DNA of 51,304 nucleotides from Cyanophora paradoxa CCMP329 (taxonomy: Eukaryota; Plantae; Glaucophyta): positions 1 through 51,304 of the forward strand of contig QPMI01000543.1 in the NCBI GenBank assembly GCA_004431415.1, written 5' to 3'. Under the pieces are notes generated by a model that saw only the letters and a program-made list of their open reading frames with translations, was not told the DNA's origin and made no database searches. The position numbers were made by a program, and so were the translations under genes. This document shows positions 36,363 to 47,671 of this stretch, piece by piece (the first letter of the stretch is position 1; the number at the start of each line of letters is the position of its first letter).

Positions 36363-37207
36363 GATGCCGTGCACGTGTGTGTGTGTGTATGTAGCCGGCG
36401 GCGGGGAGGGGGCGGGGGCGGAAGCTTAAGAGGTCTCGCTCCCCGGCCCGCCCTGTGTACGTATACAAATGAAATGAGTATTCGATCCATTGAGCGCGTG
36501 CGGCGAGATGGAGACTCGGACTCGCGATCGTGGGCATGTGCATGCTGCATGCCGCCGCCGGCCGCCGAAAATTCAGACTAGAACCGAATCTCGAACACGG
36601 GTCGCATACTACGATATGTAGTTATTGGCCCGCGCGTCACCCGCCTCCCGACCCGGACGCGGATCCGGCCTCGGAGGCCTCGTCGCCGCGTTCTCCGCCC
36701 CCTCCTCCCCTTGTCGTCGTCTTCGTCTCGCCCCGAGGCGAGCGCCAGCACGGTTTCGTCAAACGTGTAGCCCTCGGCGCTCCGCACGGCGTCCAAGATG
36801 CGCGCCGAGACGCGCTTGGCGCCCTCGGCGTCGGCGGTTCGAAGAAGCGGGACGGTCGAGACAAAGTCGATGGCGCTGATTCCCGTTCCCGTGACGCGAG
36901 CCAGGCCCGGGAAGCGGCGGATGGTTTCGGCGAGGTTCCTCAGATCCGTGTAGATTTCCGTCCTCTGCGCGGAAGCTCGAGCCGGAAGCCGACCGCCTCT
37001 GCGCCGGCGTGTAAATTTGCGAGTCAGCGTAAACGGGGATGCGTAGATGTGCGCGGATCTATATATATAGATTTAAATGCAGGCGAGAAACCCGGAAATC
37101 GTAAAGTGCGCGGCGTGCGCTCAGCGACTTGACGATCTCGACCGAAACGAAAGCGAATCGAAACCAAAATTCAAAACGTGCACGTGCGCGAGCGATCACC
37201 CTCACGA

Positions 37208-39381
37208 TCACGTACCGAGGATGGAATTGTACTTGCTTTCGACGTGCGTCTTCCTCCAGTACCCCCAAAGCTTTCGGTTGTTTCCGTGCTGGTCCCTGTA
37301 CTTTTCGTAGGCGCCGAGCACGGCGGCGGCGACGAGCATGATGGCCCGGATCCGATCGCGCCCCAGCTGCTGGACGCGCTCCAGCAGCTCCGCCCGCGCC
37401 TCGGCGTTTCCGTCGAGGCGCCTTCCGACGAGGGCAATGTCCACGCCGGCCGACAGGCCCATCTCGTACGCGGGCAGGCTCTCGGGGTCCACCTTGGAGT
37501 CCTCCCCCGCGGCGGCCCCCTCGAGGCCCCCCTCGAGCTCGTCCTCGTCTCCCTGCGGGCCTTCGGCGGCCGTCGCGAGGGCCGCTTCCCACGCGGCCGC
37601 GAGCTCGGCCTCGCGGGGATCGACGTCGTGATCGGGGCTGCCGGCGCGCGAGTCGGAGCCCGAGCCCGGATTGGAATTCGAAGCGGACGGGGAATCGGAC
37701 GCGTCGGCGTCCGAACGGGCCCCTTTGTCGGCCCCCCGAGCCCCCCGCTTTCCGCCGCCGCTCGAGCTCGCGACCGGCCCCGCCAGCTGCAGCGCCGCCG
37801 CCGCCGGGGCCGCCGCCGCGCCTTTGGGATCCGTCGACGCCTCGGCCCCTTGGTCGGCTGCACCTGCCGCTGAAGCCGCAGGCGGCCCGGCCTCCTCCTC
37901 GGAGCCCGAGGCCTCCGGATTCTCTGCGGGGTGGGTGTACGCGCAGTAGAGGATTTTGACGAGCTTGTCGCTCTCGTAGGGTTTGCGCTCCGTCCTCCCC
38001 GCCCCCCACTTGCTGCGCGCGCGTTTCGCGGGGGTACCGGCACCCGCGGCCCCGGCCCCACGGCCCCCGGCCCCGTGGCCGATCGCGATCGCGATCGCGA
38101 GCTCGAGCTAGCAGCGCTGGGGCCGGAATTGGAGCTGGAGGCCACGGCCGCCGCCGCGTCCGAATCCGGCTTCTTTCGTTTTCGCAGCCTCTCCGTCGCT
38201 GCAGCTGCGGCGGCGGCGCGACCATCGTCCGGATCCGCCGCCGGATCTTTCCCTGCAGCGCTCGCAGCGCTCCCGCTCGAGTCTGCGGGGAGGGCGGGCG
38301 CTGCGGCTGCGGCCGGGTCCGCGGTGGAATTCGGATTGGCGGGAGATCGCGTCACCGGCGCCTTGCCCTTCCAGGCGCTCGAGCCGGGGCCGGCGCGATC
38401 GGGATCGGAGCTTGCGGCGGCCTTGAGCTTGCAATCGCCTGCATGCGCAGAGCTCGCGCTGGCCACGGAGGTGGAGGCCGTCGCGTCTGCCTCTTTCGGA
38501 GGAACCTCTGGATCCGCGCCCTTGGGCTCGCCGGACGCCTCCGAGGCCGGCGCGTGCGTGGGCGGATCGCGATCGGCGCCGGCGGATCCGGAACTCAGAG
38601 TCTGCTGCGCGTGCGCATGCTGCAGCTCGAGCTCGAGCTGCGCGACGCGCTCGCAGACGGAGACGAGCGCCTGCCTGGCGACGATTTCGGACGAGATCCA
38701 GCTCTGCGCGCTGCCGGCCCCTTCCTCGATAAAGGACATGTACGCCAGGTAGGCGTCGATGCGGGAGGACGTCAGCAGATCCTCCGGGGCCCTGTGCCCC
38801 TCCTTGCACGCGGGGCACGTGAACGAGCGGCGGGCATGCGCGGGCGCGTCCTCCGTCGTCGTCGTCGTCGGCTTTGGATTCAAATTGGACGTCGACCCCG
38901 CATCCGCGTTTGCGGCGGGTGGCCATGGGTCGCGATGGCGATCGGGTACGGCGCCGGAGACGAGGGTGAGGGCGCACGTGAGGCACACGAACGAGGAGGA
39001 CGCGCCCCCGCGCAGGTCCTCCAGCGTCGGGCTGGGGTGCGTCTCGAGCGCCTCGCCGAGGGACGAGGCCCCCGAGCGGGCCAGGACGCGGGCCGCGGCG
39101 CAGGGGAGGAGGTACGCCGGCGGCGTCACGCTCTCCAGGCCGCACCGCGCGCACGAGGGGCGAAACGCACGGCTCGGATCCCGTCCAATGCTTATAAACG
39201 TCGGAAGCTGCACCTTGGCCGGTCGGCCGTCAAACGACGGCCGCGCGAGCGCGAGAGCGTGGGCGGACGGTGGGCTCGAGGGCCCAGCGCCAGCGGCCGC
39301 GACGCCGGCGCCCCGCTTCGAGTTCGGGCTCGCGGTGGATCCGGATCCGGAGGCGCCGGCGGGGCCCTTTCCAGTCGACAT
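37208..39381 (-). CDS. RING-like zinc-finger/coiled-coil protein with one apparent frameshift (~38000)
   Basis: CARC...YLLPC...VCLTC...FTCPAC with insertions, then a coiled coil and KRKK; after ~38000 the protein-like frame is the one containing KLVKILYCAYTHP...DPESLPAYEMG...KLWGYWRK. Confidence 0.55.
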
Positions 39382-40146
39382 GTGTATGTGTTTTGTATCT
39401 TGCTGTTTTACAATTCGCGTCGACGTCTGAATTTGAAGCGGGCGATCACGGTCGGCGTGTGCGGGTGCGTCGCTTCGAATTCAAGCGCGAGGCTCGCAGT
39501 GGGATCATGGATCGTTTCACTGCGTCGACGTTCAACGGTTGCGGGTGCAACGTTGACCGCTGCTGCTGACTTGGGCTCCTTGCAATTGTATGCGTGTGCG
39601 GGCGTAGCTATATAAACCGGGGTGCACGTGCACTGCGGGGAGCTCGACCCGCGATCGGCGAGCTGGAGCACGCGTTGATTTTGTGCCACCTCGCACGTCT
39701 AGAACGGCCTGCACATGCGTCCGGCACGCCTGCTTTTAGCCGCGCTCGGGCTCCCAGATGCATGGACGGTTTCGTATGTCTGCACCTGGCCACATTCAAA
39801 TATTATTAATTTGAACGCTCACATTATTACCTGGCTACATAATTCGATGTTTGCTCATGCTCAGAGTTGAATTCGCTCGAATTCATGCTCACCTCGAATT
39901 CACATCCGACGCATTTAGATAGCTGTAGCTACAGCTACAGCTGCTGCGATGTATTATTGTTATCGATTAGACATCTGCAAGCTCAACCCGCACATATGCA
40001 TATGTATGTTTCGCAATTGCAAGTCGATGTTCTCAATTACGCAAACAATTGCCAGCGCAGAGACGTCGACAGAAACCGACCTCTAAGTTTGCCTCCCCGG
40101 CCTACAATTATCACTCATGGCCCAACAGAGTCGATTGTTATCGCTC

Positions 40147-41675
40147 ATGGCCCAACAGAGTCGATTGCGAGTGTGAGTGCACAGGAGATCTAGAGCTCTA
40201 CGCCTCCACGTCGGCGAGGGCGGCTGCGTGCACAGCGCCTCCACTAGTACTGGCATTCAAGAGTCCAATCGCAACGAAATCGAGTCCGATTTCCGATATC
40301 GATTACACGCGGGGCCTCGGATACACGGGCCTACATCTACAGCTCTACGCGTCCACGTCGTCGAGGACCGCGATGCGGACGGCGGGGTGCGCGCAGAGGA
40401 TCTGGTACGCCTCGACAAAGGCGCCGCGGAGCTCGTCGCCCTCGAGAGGGATGCGGCTCTCGAGGAGGTGTCGTGGACGGCGATGGGGTGCCGAACCGGA
40501 TGCGGAGGAAGCGGTGCTCGTAGGCGGCGGCGGCGGCGGCGGCGCGCTGGAACGCGAGCCCTCTGTTCGAGACGACGACGAGCGTCTTCGTCACGCCGTC
40601 CCAGATGCGGCCCAGGCGCGCGGTGGAGAACAGCGGCTCCTCGCGCACGACGAGCGCGCGCGCCGTCTCGCAGCGCGTCGTGGTCCATTGCGCAAACTTG
40701 CGGTTCTTCATCTCTTTCTCGCCGACATCCACGACGGCGTCGGCCCCGCCGGGCAGCAGCAGCTTGGCGACGGTGGTCAGGCAGTTGACGGCGAGCGTCT
40801 TTCCCGTGACGGTGAGCCCCTCGATGGAGAGCGCCGTCTTTCGGAAGCCGTCGTTGCCTCCGCCGACGAGGGCGCGGCCGTAGAGGGCGAAGACGGCGAG
40901 GATCCGCCTGTCGGCAAAGCCCTGGTCGCGTAGCACGCGGACGAGAACGGTGTCGGCGCGCCCGACGTACACCGCGTCGCCAGGGTTTGCGAGGTCGATG
41001 TTCCAACGCGGCGTCGCGATCGCCATGATCGTGATGGCTCGGCGCGTCGCGCTAACTTGGAAACGTTGACGCGACGGGTGCGAGCGTGCTAGGGTGCACG
41101 GCCGCGGTTTGCAGTGCGGAGCTCGCTCGGGGCCGCCTTTTATACTGCGGGCCGCGGCGGGCCCCGCGAGAATTCGAATTTCCAAAGAGTTGACGGGACG
41201 GGTACGCCCCTCGCGGTCGCTCATGATCGGACGGCCCTGCGTCGACGATCATACGAGCGCCCGCGTTCGAACTCCTATATACAGCTACACGCGGACGCGC
41301 GTGCGAATTCAGAGACCATCGGACGAGCTCCCGATCGGGGCGTCGGCCCGACGCCATGGCCCAACAGAGTCGATTGCAATTGCGAGTGTGAGTGCACAGG
41401 AGATCTAGAGCTCTACGCCTCCACGTCGGCGAGGGCGGCTGCGTGCACAGCGCCTCCACTAGTACTGGCATTCAAGAGTCCAATTAATCGCAACGAAATC
41501 GAGTCCGATTTCCGATATCGATTACACGCGGGCCTCGGATACACGGGCCTACATCTACAGCTCTACGCGTCCACGTCGGCGAGGACCGCGATGCGGACGG
41601 CGGGGTGCGCGCAGAGGATCTGGTACGCCCCGACAAGTGTTTTTAAAGGGGCCGAGGAGCTCGTCGCCCTCGAGA
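40147..41675. repeat. ~300-bp direct repeat pair (about 40147-40445 and 41356-41675)
   Basis: Near-identical CATGGCCCAACAGAGTCGATTGC...GAGGATCTGGTACGCC blocks; they contain the 3' end of the intervening gene, indicating a tandem duplication. Confidence 0.9.
40337..41026 (-). CDS. Hypothetical intronless protein
   Basis: Globular-looking ORF (MAIATPRWNIDLANPGDAVYVGRADTVLVRVL...); TATAAAA on the minus strand about 110 bp upstream; probable frameshift near 40480 into GDELRGAFVEAYQILCAHPAVRIAVLDDVDA*. Confidence 0.55.
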   Translation of the reverse strand: MAIATPRWNIDLANPGDAVYVGRADTVLVRVLRDQGFADRRILAVFALYGRALVGGGNDGFRKTALSIEGLTVTGKTLAVNCLTTVAKLLLPGGADAVVDVGEKEMKNRKFAQWTTTRCETARALVVREEPLFSTARLGRIWDGVTKTLVVVSNRGLAFQRAAAAAAAYEHRFLRIRFGTPSPSTTPPREPHPSRGRRAPRRLCRGVPDPLRAPRRPHRGPRRRGRVEL

Positions 41676-41862
41676 GCTCGAGGGGTGCGGCGCTGGAGGG
41701 CGGTGTCGTGGCGGGCGACGGCATCTGCATAAATACATATGGCTAGCTGTAGAAGCGCGCCTGCCCTCCTCCCGAGCCTCGCGATTCGCGATCACACGCA
41801 TGCGCGAGCTCAGCCTCGCGCGCGATCGCCATCGATATCGCCAGCCGCCTCGCTCACGCGCA

Positions 41863-42827
41863 CTACGGTACGGCGGCGCCCGCGGCGCCGGCCGCGGCTG
41901 GGCATGGCCGAGTGTCCTGCGCCGCTAACCGCTCCTTGAAATCGCGCGCGGCCGCGCGCACCGCCGTCGGCGAGACTCCCGCCGCGTGCGAGATCCTGCG
42001 AAAGCTCCAGCGTCGGGTCAAAGCCGACGTCGATTGCGCTCGCGGCGTCGACGGCTTGCTCGCAAGGGCCAGGGCGGCGACGGCGAGACTTTCGGGCGAC
42101 CTCGAAAATGGGCGGGGGGCACGGCTCGCTGCGGTTCGGAAGAGCTCCTGCGCGCGGGCAATGGTCGCTCGGTCGAATTCAATGCGTCGTCCTATGGAAC
42201 GGATGATCTCTTCCGTCATGCCGTACCCTGCCACCATTTGCTGACCGAATTGTGCGCTCAGGGAGCGGATCATGCGCTGCAGCTCGCCCCGAGTGAAAGA
42301 GGCCGTGCCGCCGCACGCGCACAGGTCGCCCTGCTCCAGAAACTCCCGGAGGAGGCGGGGGATCCCGCGAATCTGGACGGCGGCGTACAGCGCGGCGATG
42401 GCGAGGACGTCGTAGCGCCGCCCGTTGACGATTCCCGTGCGCTCGTCGGACTCGCACAGAATTTCAAAGGCCTGGAGCGCGACGCTCTCGGGAAGCGACA
42501 TGCGCTCCGCAATATCGTGCACGGTCGCGAGCAGGTTCTGGCGGTCCGCGCACGCGGAGCGCGCTCGCACCGCGCCCCGCCCTCGAGCTCGCCTCTGGCC
42601 GGCGCCGCGGCCGAGGCGTCCGTCGCCCGCGAGCGCGCCGCATTGGCGTTGCAAAGCACACGTGCACGTGCTTGCCCATGTGCATTCCACGCACATTCCC
42701 CCATGCCGCGTGTACGTGCGCAGCGCCGGGCCCTCGAACGCGACGCCCACGCACGCGCCGCAAACGGTGCACACCGGCCCTCGGGCGTGGACGCGACGAA
42801 AGGGTGCGGGCAGGTCTTGGATTCCAT
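41863..42827 (-). CDS. TFIIB/TFB-family transcription factor (zinc ribbon + two cyclin repeats), 1-nt frameshift near 42780
   Basis: CPH...VCTVCG ribbon; IAERMSLPESV...GRRYDVLAIAALYAAVQIRGIPRLLRE; RSPESLAVAAL...ISHAAGVSPTAVR. Confidence 0.85.
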
Positions 42828-42939
42828 TTCCGGTCTGTGAAATGCGGTACGAGAGAGATCGCGTCGTCTTTTATCCCTCGCTGCAATCGGGCCGACCGCG
42901 TCAGAAATCAAAGTTCCAAGTTCGCGCGTGGTCATGTAT

Positions 42940-43629
42940 GCGCATCATACGATCAGCGCTGGCGACCCGGCATACGTGGTCATATGCATGGGCCGCGTGC
43001 ACGTGCACGACGCCAACGACTCGAAGAATCGCTGCCGCATGCACGGTCGTGTGACGAGAACAAAGCAGGTGAATTCCGTTTGTTTCCACGTCTAAATGAA
43101 AATTTCGACACACGTGTACATGTACAAGGCTACGCGTGCATATGCGAGCAGCGAGGGGTACGGTCTGCGCGAGACACGGCACGGAGCCGAGCAGCCTCGT
43201 AGAGGGCGGCACGGAGGGCGAGGCCCCCGTACGCGCGGCCGGCGGTGCGCCCATGGCCATCCGGCTCCGCGTCAGAGTTGATGTGGGACCCCGACTCGTT
43301 CAGGATGCCGAGGGCCCGGCGCGCGGCGCTCCTCGGCCGCGGGAGCGACATGCGCTCCGCCGTCTCGCGCAAGGCGGTCAGCAGCTCTAGATCTCGGCCG
43401 TCTCGGTGGGCCTTGCAATTGGGCGACGTCGTCGAGCCGCCGCCGCGGCCGTCGGTTCCGGGCCCGTGCGCGTCGCGTTCGTTGAACGAATCGACGACCC
43501 TAGAGCCTGCGTATCCTCGCCCCTCAAACTCGAATTCGAACGCGACGCCCACGCACGCGCCGCAGACGGTGCACACCGGCCCTCGGGCGTGGACGCGACG
43601 AAAGGGTGCGGGCAGGTCTTGGCTTGCAT
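42940..43629 (-). pseudogene. TFIIB-like paralogue 2, degraded
   Basis: MQAKTCPHPF../VCTVCGACVG...LRETAERMSLP...GRAYGGLALRAALYEAARLRAVSR, then stops. Confidence 0.75.
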
Positions 43630-43839
43630 TTCCGGACTGTGGAATGATGGATGGCAGTGCTCGACACGCTTATATCCGGTGCCAGAGGGCCAGTTGCAAC
43701 GCCGACAAAGGCGTGGGCACGTGTTGATTGAAACAATGAATTCAAACGTATACTCAATATGTATACATGCGATGTCATTATAATATAAGAACGCGCAGGG
43801 CTGGAATGTAGATGTCGTCCTCGAGCGTGCTCATGTATA

Positions 43840-44546
43840 CGCATTATACGATCAGCGCTGGCGACCCGGCATATGTGCACGTGGTCATATGCATGGGCCG
43901 CGTGCACGTGCACGTGCACGACGCCAACGACTCGAAGAATCGCTGCCGCATGCACGGTCGTGTGACGAGAACAAAGCAGGTGAATTCCGTTCAAACGGTT
44001 TGTTTCCACGTCTAAATGAAAATTTCGACACACGTGTACAAGGCTACGCGTGCATATGCGAGCAGCGAGGGGTACGGTCTGCGCGAGACACGGCACGGAG
44101 CCGAGCGGCCTCGTAGAGGGCGGCACGGAGGCGAGGCCCCGTACGCGCGGCCGGCGGTGCGCCCATGCCATGGCCATCCGGCTCCGCGTCAGAGTTGACG
44201 TGGGACCCCGACTCGTTCAGGATGCCGAGGGCCCGGCGCGCGGCGCTCCTCGGCCGTGGAGCGACATGCGCTCCGCCGTCTCGCGCAAGGCGGTCAGCAG
44301 CTCTAGATCTCGGCCGTCTCGGTGGGCCTTGCAATTGGGCGACGTCGTCGAGCCGCCGCCGCGGCCGTCGGTTCCGGGCCCGTGCGCGTCGCGTTCGTTG
44401 AACGAATCGACGACCCTAGAGCCTGCGTATCCTCGCCCCTCAAACTCGAATTCGAACGCGACGCCCACGCACGCGCCGCAGACGGTGCACACCGGCCCCT
44501 CGGGCGTGGACGCGACGAAAGGGTGCGGGCAGGTCTTGGCTTGCAT
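43840..44546 (-). pseudogene. TFIIB-like paralogue 3, degraded (second copy of a ~900-bp tandem duplication)
   Basis: About 43830-44743 repeats about 42930-43826; intact MQAKTCPHPFVASTPEGPVCTVCG ribbon, then frameshifts. Confidence 0.75.
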
Positions 44547-44986
44547 TTCCGGACTGTGGAATGATGGATGGCAGTGCTCGACACGCTTATATCCCGGTGC
44601 CAGAGGGCCAGTTGCAACGCCGACAAAGGCGTGGGCACGTGTTGATTGAAACAATGAATTCAACGTATACTCAATATGTATACATGCGATGTCATCATAA
44701 TATAAGAACGCGCAGGGCTGGAATGTAGATGTCGTCCTCGAGCTCGGCCCGGGCGAGAGCAGACTCTGGGAGGCGACGTCGGTGCACGTGGCTATAAGCA
44801 CCCAGGGCCCGCCTATGGCCAGATCTAGACGTCGAGGCCACGGGTGCTGTGGTGCGGATCGGATGATGACCAAGTCCGGCACGCATCGCAAGAATATTAA
44901 TCCCGCTGGCACGTGCACGACCATATGCATGGCCAGCAGACCTTCCAGCCCCCTGGGCCCCCGCCCTCGACGCACGCACTTTTCCC

Positions 44987-46081
44987 GTGCATGCTGCAGG
45001 CGCTGTCGCGACGCTCGCACAAAATAGGGACATCGACTCTGGCGGTACGCGCATCGACGATCGCGAGCTCGAGCTCGAATCTGGATCTCCGCTGTCAGGC
45101 AAGGACAATCTTCTCGAGCCCGTCCGTGCCGATGCACATGTGCATGTGCATGTGCCGACGTCGGCGCTTGCAAGCACGTGCGCGAGCACGGGCGGCGCGG
45201 AAGAGGGCGACCTCAAGCCCGAGGCTGCGGCGGCAGCTGCAGTTACCGCTGCGACCGCGTCCACGGATCGGGAGGCCGATCGCGAGCCGGAGTCGGACCG
45301 CGCAGATGTCGACGCCGATCGCGACAAGCTCAGGCGCGAGCGCGAGGAGGCCGGGAGCACCGGTCCGGATTCGGCGCGCAACGTCGACGTCTGCACCGAT
45401 CAAGAGGGTACACGCGGTGCGCCAGTGGCCAGTCATGATCATGATCAGCAAACGCATGCGCGCGCGCAATCTCCGGCGCGCGCAGTCATCGGGCCGGATC
45501 TGCAAGCTCCGAATTCTAATTCGGACTCCGGCGCCCACAGCGCTAGCGCGGGTGTCCCGGCAGGCCCCGCCCGCGGCGACGTGGACGGCATGCGCACCGA
45601 CAAGAGCTCCCCCGCCGCCCAATCCCTCTCGGGCGCGGCGGAGCTCTCCGCGAAATTTGGCTGCAAGCAGCCCGTCGTGTTTCTCCTCGGCGGCGCCAAG
45701 CCCAGCTCTGCCTACGTGGGTTGCTGCTGCAATCTCAAGCGCAAATTTGCGGAGCTGCGCGGGTCGGGGCTCCTGGACATGACGCGCGACCGAGGCCCCT
45801 GGAAGATTCGGGCCGTCGCGCACGGATTCCCGAACGAAAACGTCGCCAAAGCTTTTCAGATGCTCCTCGAGTCCAAGTGCCGCAGCAGCGGGGTGAGCAA
45901 GAAGCTGCGGGTGATGCGCGAACTCACAGAGGATTTTTCGGCGATCTCCGGCGAGCCGCGCGCTGGTGACGCGGGGCGATCCGCGTCGAGGTGGACGCCG
46001 ACGGCGACGCGCATGCTCTACGAGTCGGAGAGTAGGCGAATGGAGCTCGCGCATCCCGTATCCCGTAGTACATACATGTAG
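44987..46081 (+). CDS. GIY-YIG-like protein with degenerate active site and long disordered N-terminus
   Basis: VVFLLGG...AYVGCCCNLKRKFAEL...RDRGPWKIRAVAHGFPNENVAKAFQM aligns by eye with the 18183..18779 protein; start uncertain. Confidence 0.7.
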   Translation: MHAAGAVATLAQNRDIDSGGTRIDDRELELESGSPLSGKDNLLEPVRADAHVHVHVPTSALASTCASTGGAEEGDLKPEAAAAAAVTAATASTDREADREPESDRADVDADRDKLRREREEAGSTGPDSARNVDVCTDQEGTRGAPVASHDHDQQTHARAQSPARAVIGPDLQAPNSNSDSGAHSASAGVPAGPARGDVDGMRTDKSSPAAQSLSGAAELSAKFGCKQPVVFLLGGAKPSSAYVGCCCNLKRKFAELRGSGLLDMTRDRGPWKIRAVAHGFPNENVAKAFQMLLESKCRSSGVSKKLRVMRELTEDFSAISGEPRAGDAGRSASRWTPTATRMLYESESRRMELAHPVSRSTYM

Positions 46082-46339
46082 ACGGCGCCGGCATACGCAC
46101 GAGCTCGAGCGTACGCGTGTCGCACAGAGGTTCATATGCAGTGCAGCCGCACTTTCACGCGGGCCATCCGAGTCGCTATATTTATCTTATATGGTTTGAT
46201 AGGCTTTTTTTTGGAAAGCCTGTTGCATTCGTACACACTTGACAACAGTCCCCGCTCCTCGCCTACCGGATACTGGGATGCTGACTGCAGGAGGAGATAG
46301 ATGACAAGAGTGCTACAGCTAGTATTCGTGTCGAGCTGG

Positions 46340-46856
46340 TGCTTGAGCTTGGCCAGAGGGAGAGAGGAGAGAGAGAGAGAGGGCAGCTTTGAGCAAAGCC
46401 TGGACGTAAATGGGAAACGCAGTACCCCCAGGGGGGCGAGCTGGCGTGGCCGGAGGGAGAGAGGGAGGAGGAGCCCCTTGAGCGAAGCCTGGACGTAAAT
46501 GGGAAACGCAGTACCCCCAGGGGGGCGAGCTGAGCTTGGCCGGAGGGCGAGAGGAGAGAGAGGGAGAGAGAGGGCAGCTTTGAGCAAAGCCTGGACGTAA
46601 ATGGGAAACGCAGTACCCCAGGGGGCGAGCTGAGCTTGGCCGGAGGGAGAGAGGAGAGAGAGAGAGAGAGAGGGCAGCTTTGAGCAAAGCCTGGACGTAA
46701 ATGGGAAACGCAGTACCCCCCAGGGGGGCGAGCCTCGGAGCTGAGCTTGGCCGGAGGGAGAGAGGGAGGAGGAGCCCCTTGAGCGAAGCCTGGATGTAAA
46801 TGGGAAACGCAGTACCCCCAGGGGGCAGGCTGAGCGTGGGCGGAGGGAGTGACGGG

Positions 46857-46914
<58 letters not shown>

Positions 46915-47590
46915 CGGGGGCAGAGAAATGCAGGACCCCAGGCGATCTCCCCCCTCCCTCTCCTCCTCCCATCAGCCAAACGGAGCACATGATCGGCGAT
47001 AGTCATTATGAGCAATATTAATATTACCTGCAGAACTGAATGCGTATGGTCCCAACCTAGAATGCCTCATGATCATCTTATCTAGAACTTTCAGCTTCTG
47101 AGCCTCACGATGCGCATCTAGATTTAAATTAGCCCCTCTTTCTCCTATGATCCGTCTCTCGCTTTTCCTGCTTGGAATGTCTTTCTTGAAGTTTCAAGCT
47201 CATGATCGATTTCGATATATATTGCCGCTGTCCAAAGTCGAATCTTTTGTTGTTAAAACAAACTTCTGGCAACTCTCCTCTGCCGAGAGGAGGGCCCCGG
47301 GGTACAACGTTTCCCATTATCGTCCTGGGCTCCCTATGGCGGGCGGGGGGCGCTCCGGATCCGCAGAGAGGAGGGCCCGGGGTACAGCGTTTCCATTATC
47401 GTCCAGGGCTCCCCTATGGCGGGCGGGGGCGCTCCGGATCCGCAGAGAGGAGGGCCCCGGGGTACAGCGTTTCCATTATCGTCCAGGGCTCCCCTATATA
47501 TGGCGGGGGCGCCTCCGCAGAGAGGAGGGCCCCGGCTTTCACGCGGGCCATCCGAGTCGCTTTATATATATTATATGGTTTGATAGGCGT
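46340..47590. repeat. Bipartite repeat module 4 (5 forward cores, long G tract, type-B centre, 3 reverse cores)
   Basis: Forward cores at ~46400, 46489, 46591, 46691, 46790; centre ~46920-47295 homologous to 35065-35400; reverse cores at ~47299, 47379, 47459. Confidence 0.95.
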
Positions 47591-47671
47591 GCCCGTCGCC
47601 AGTCGTGTATATATCGATATCATAGTATGCAACCTAGGCCTCGAGCTCTTTATATCATACCGTCGTCCTCT

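Noticed and set aside
46860-46914. Very long G homopolymer (also ~24040-24066) as a functional G-quadruplex
   Set aside because: The homologous position in module 3 is a mixed G/A tract, and homopolymer length is unreliable in assemblies.
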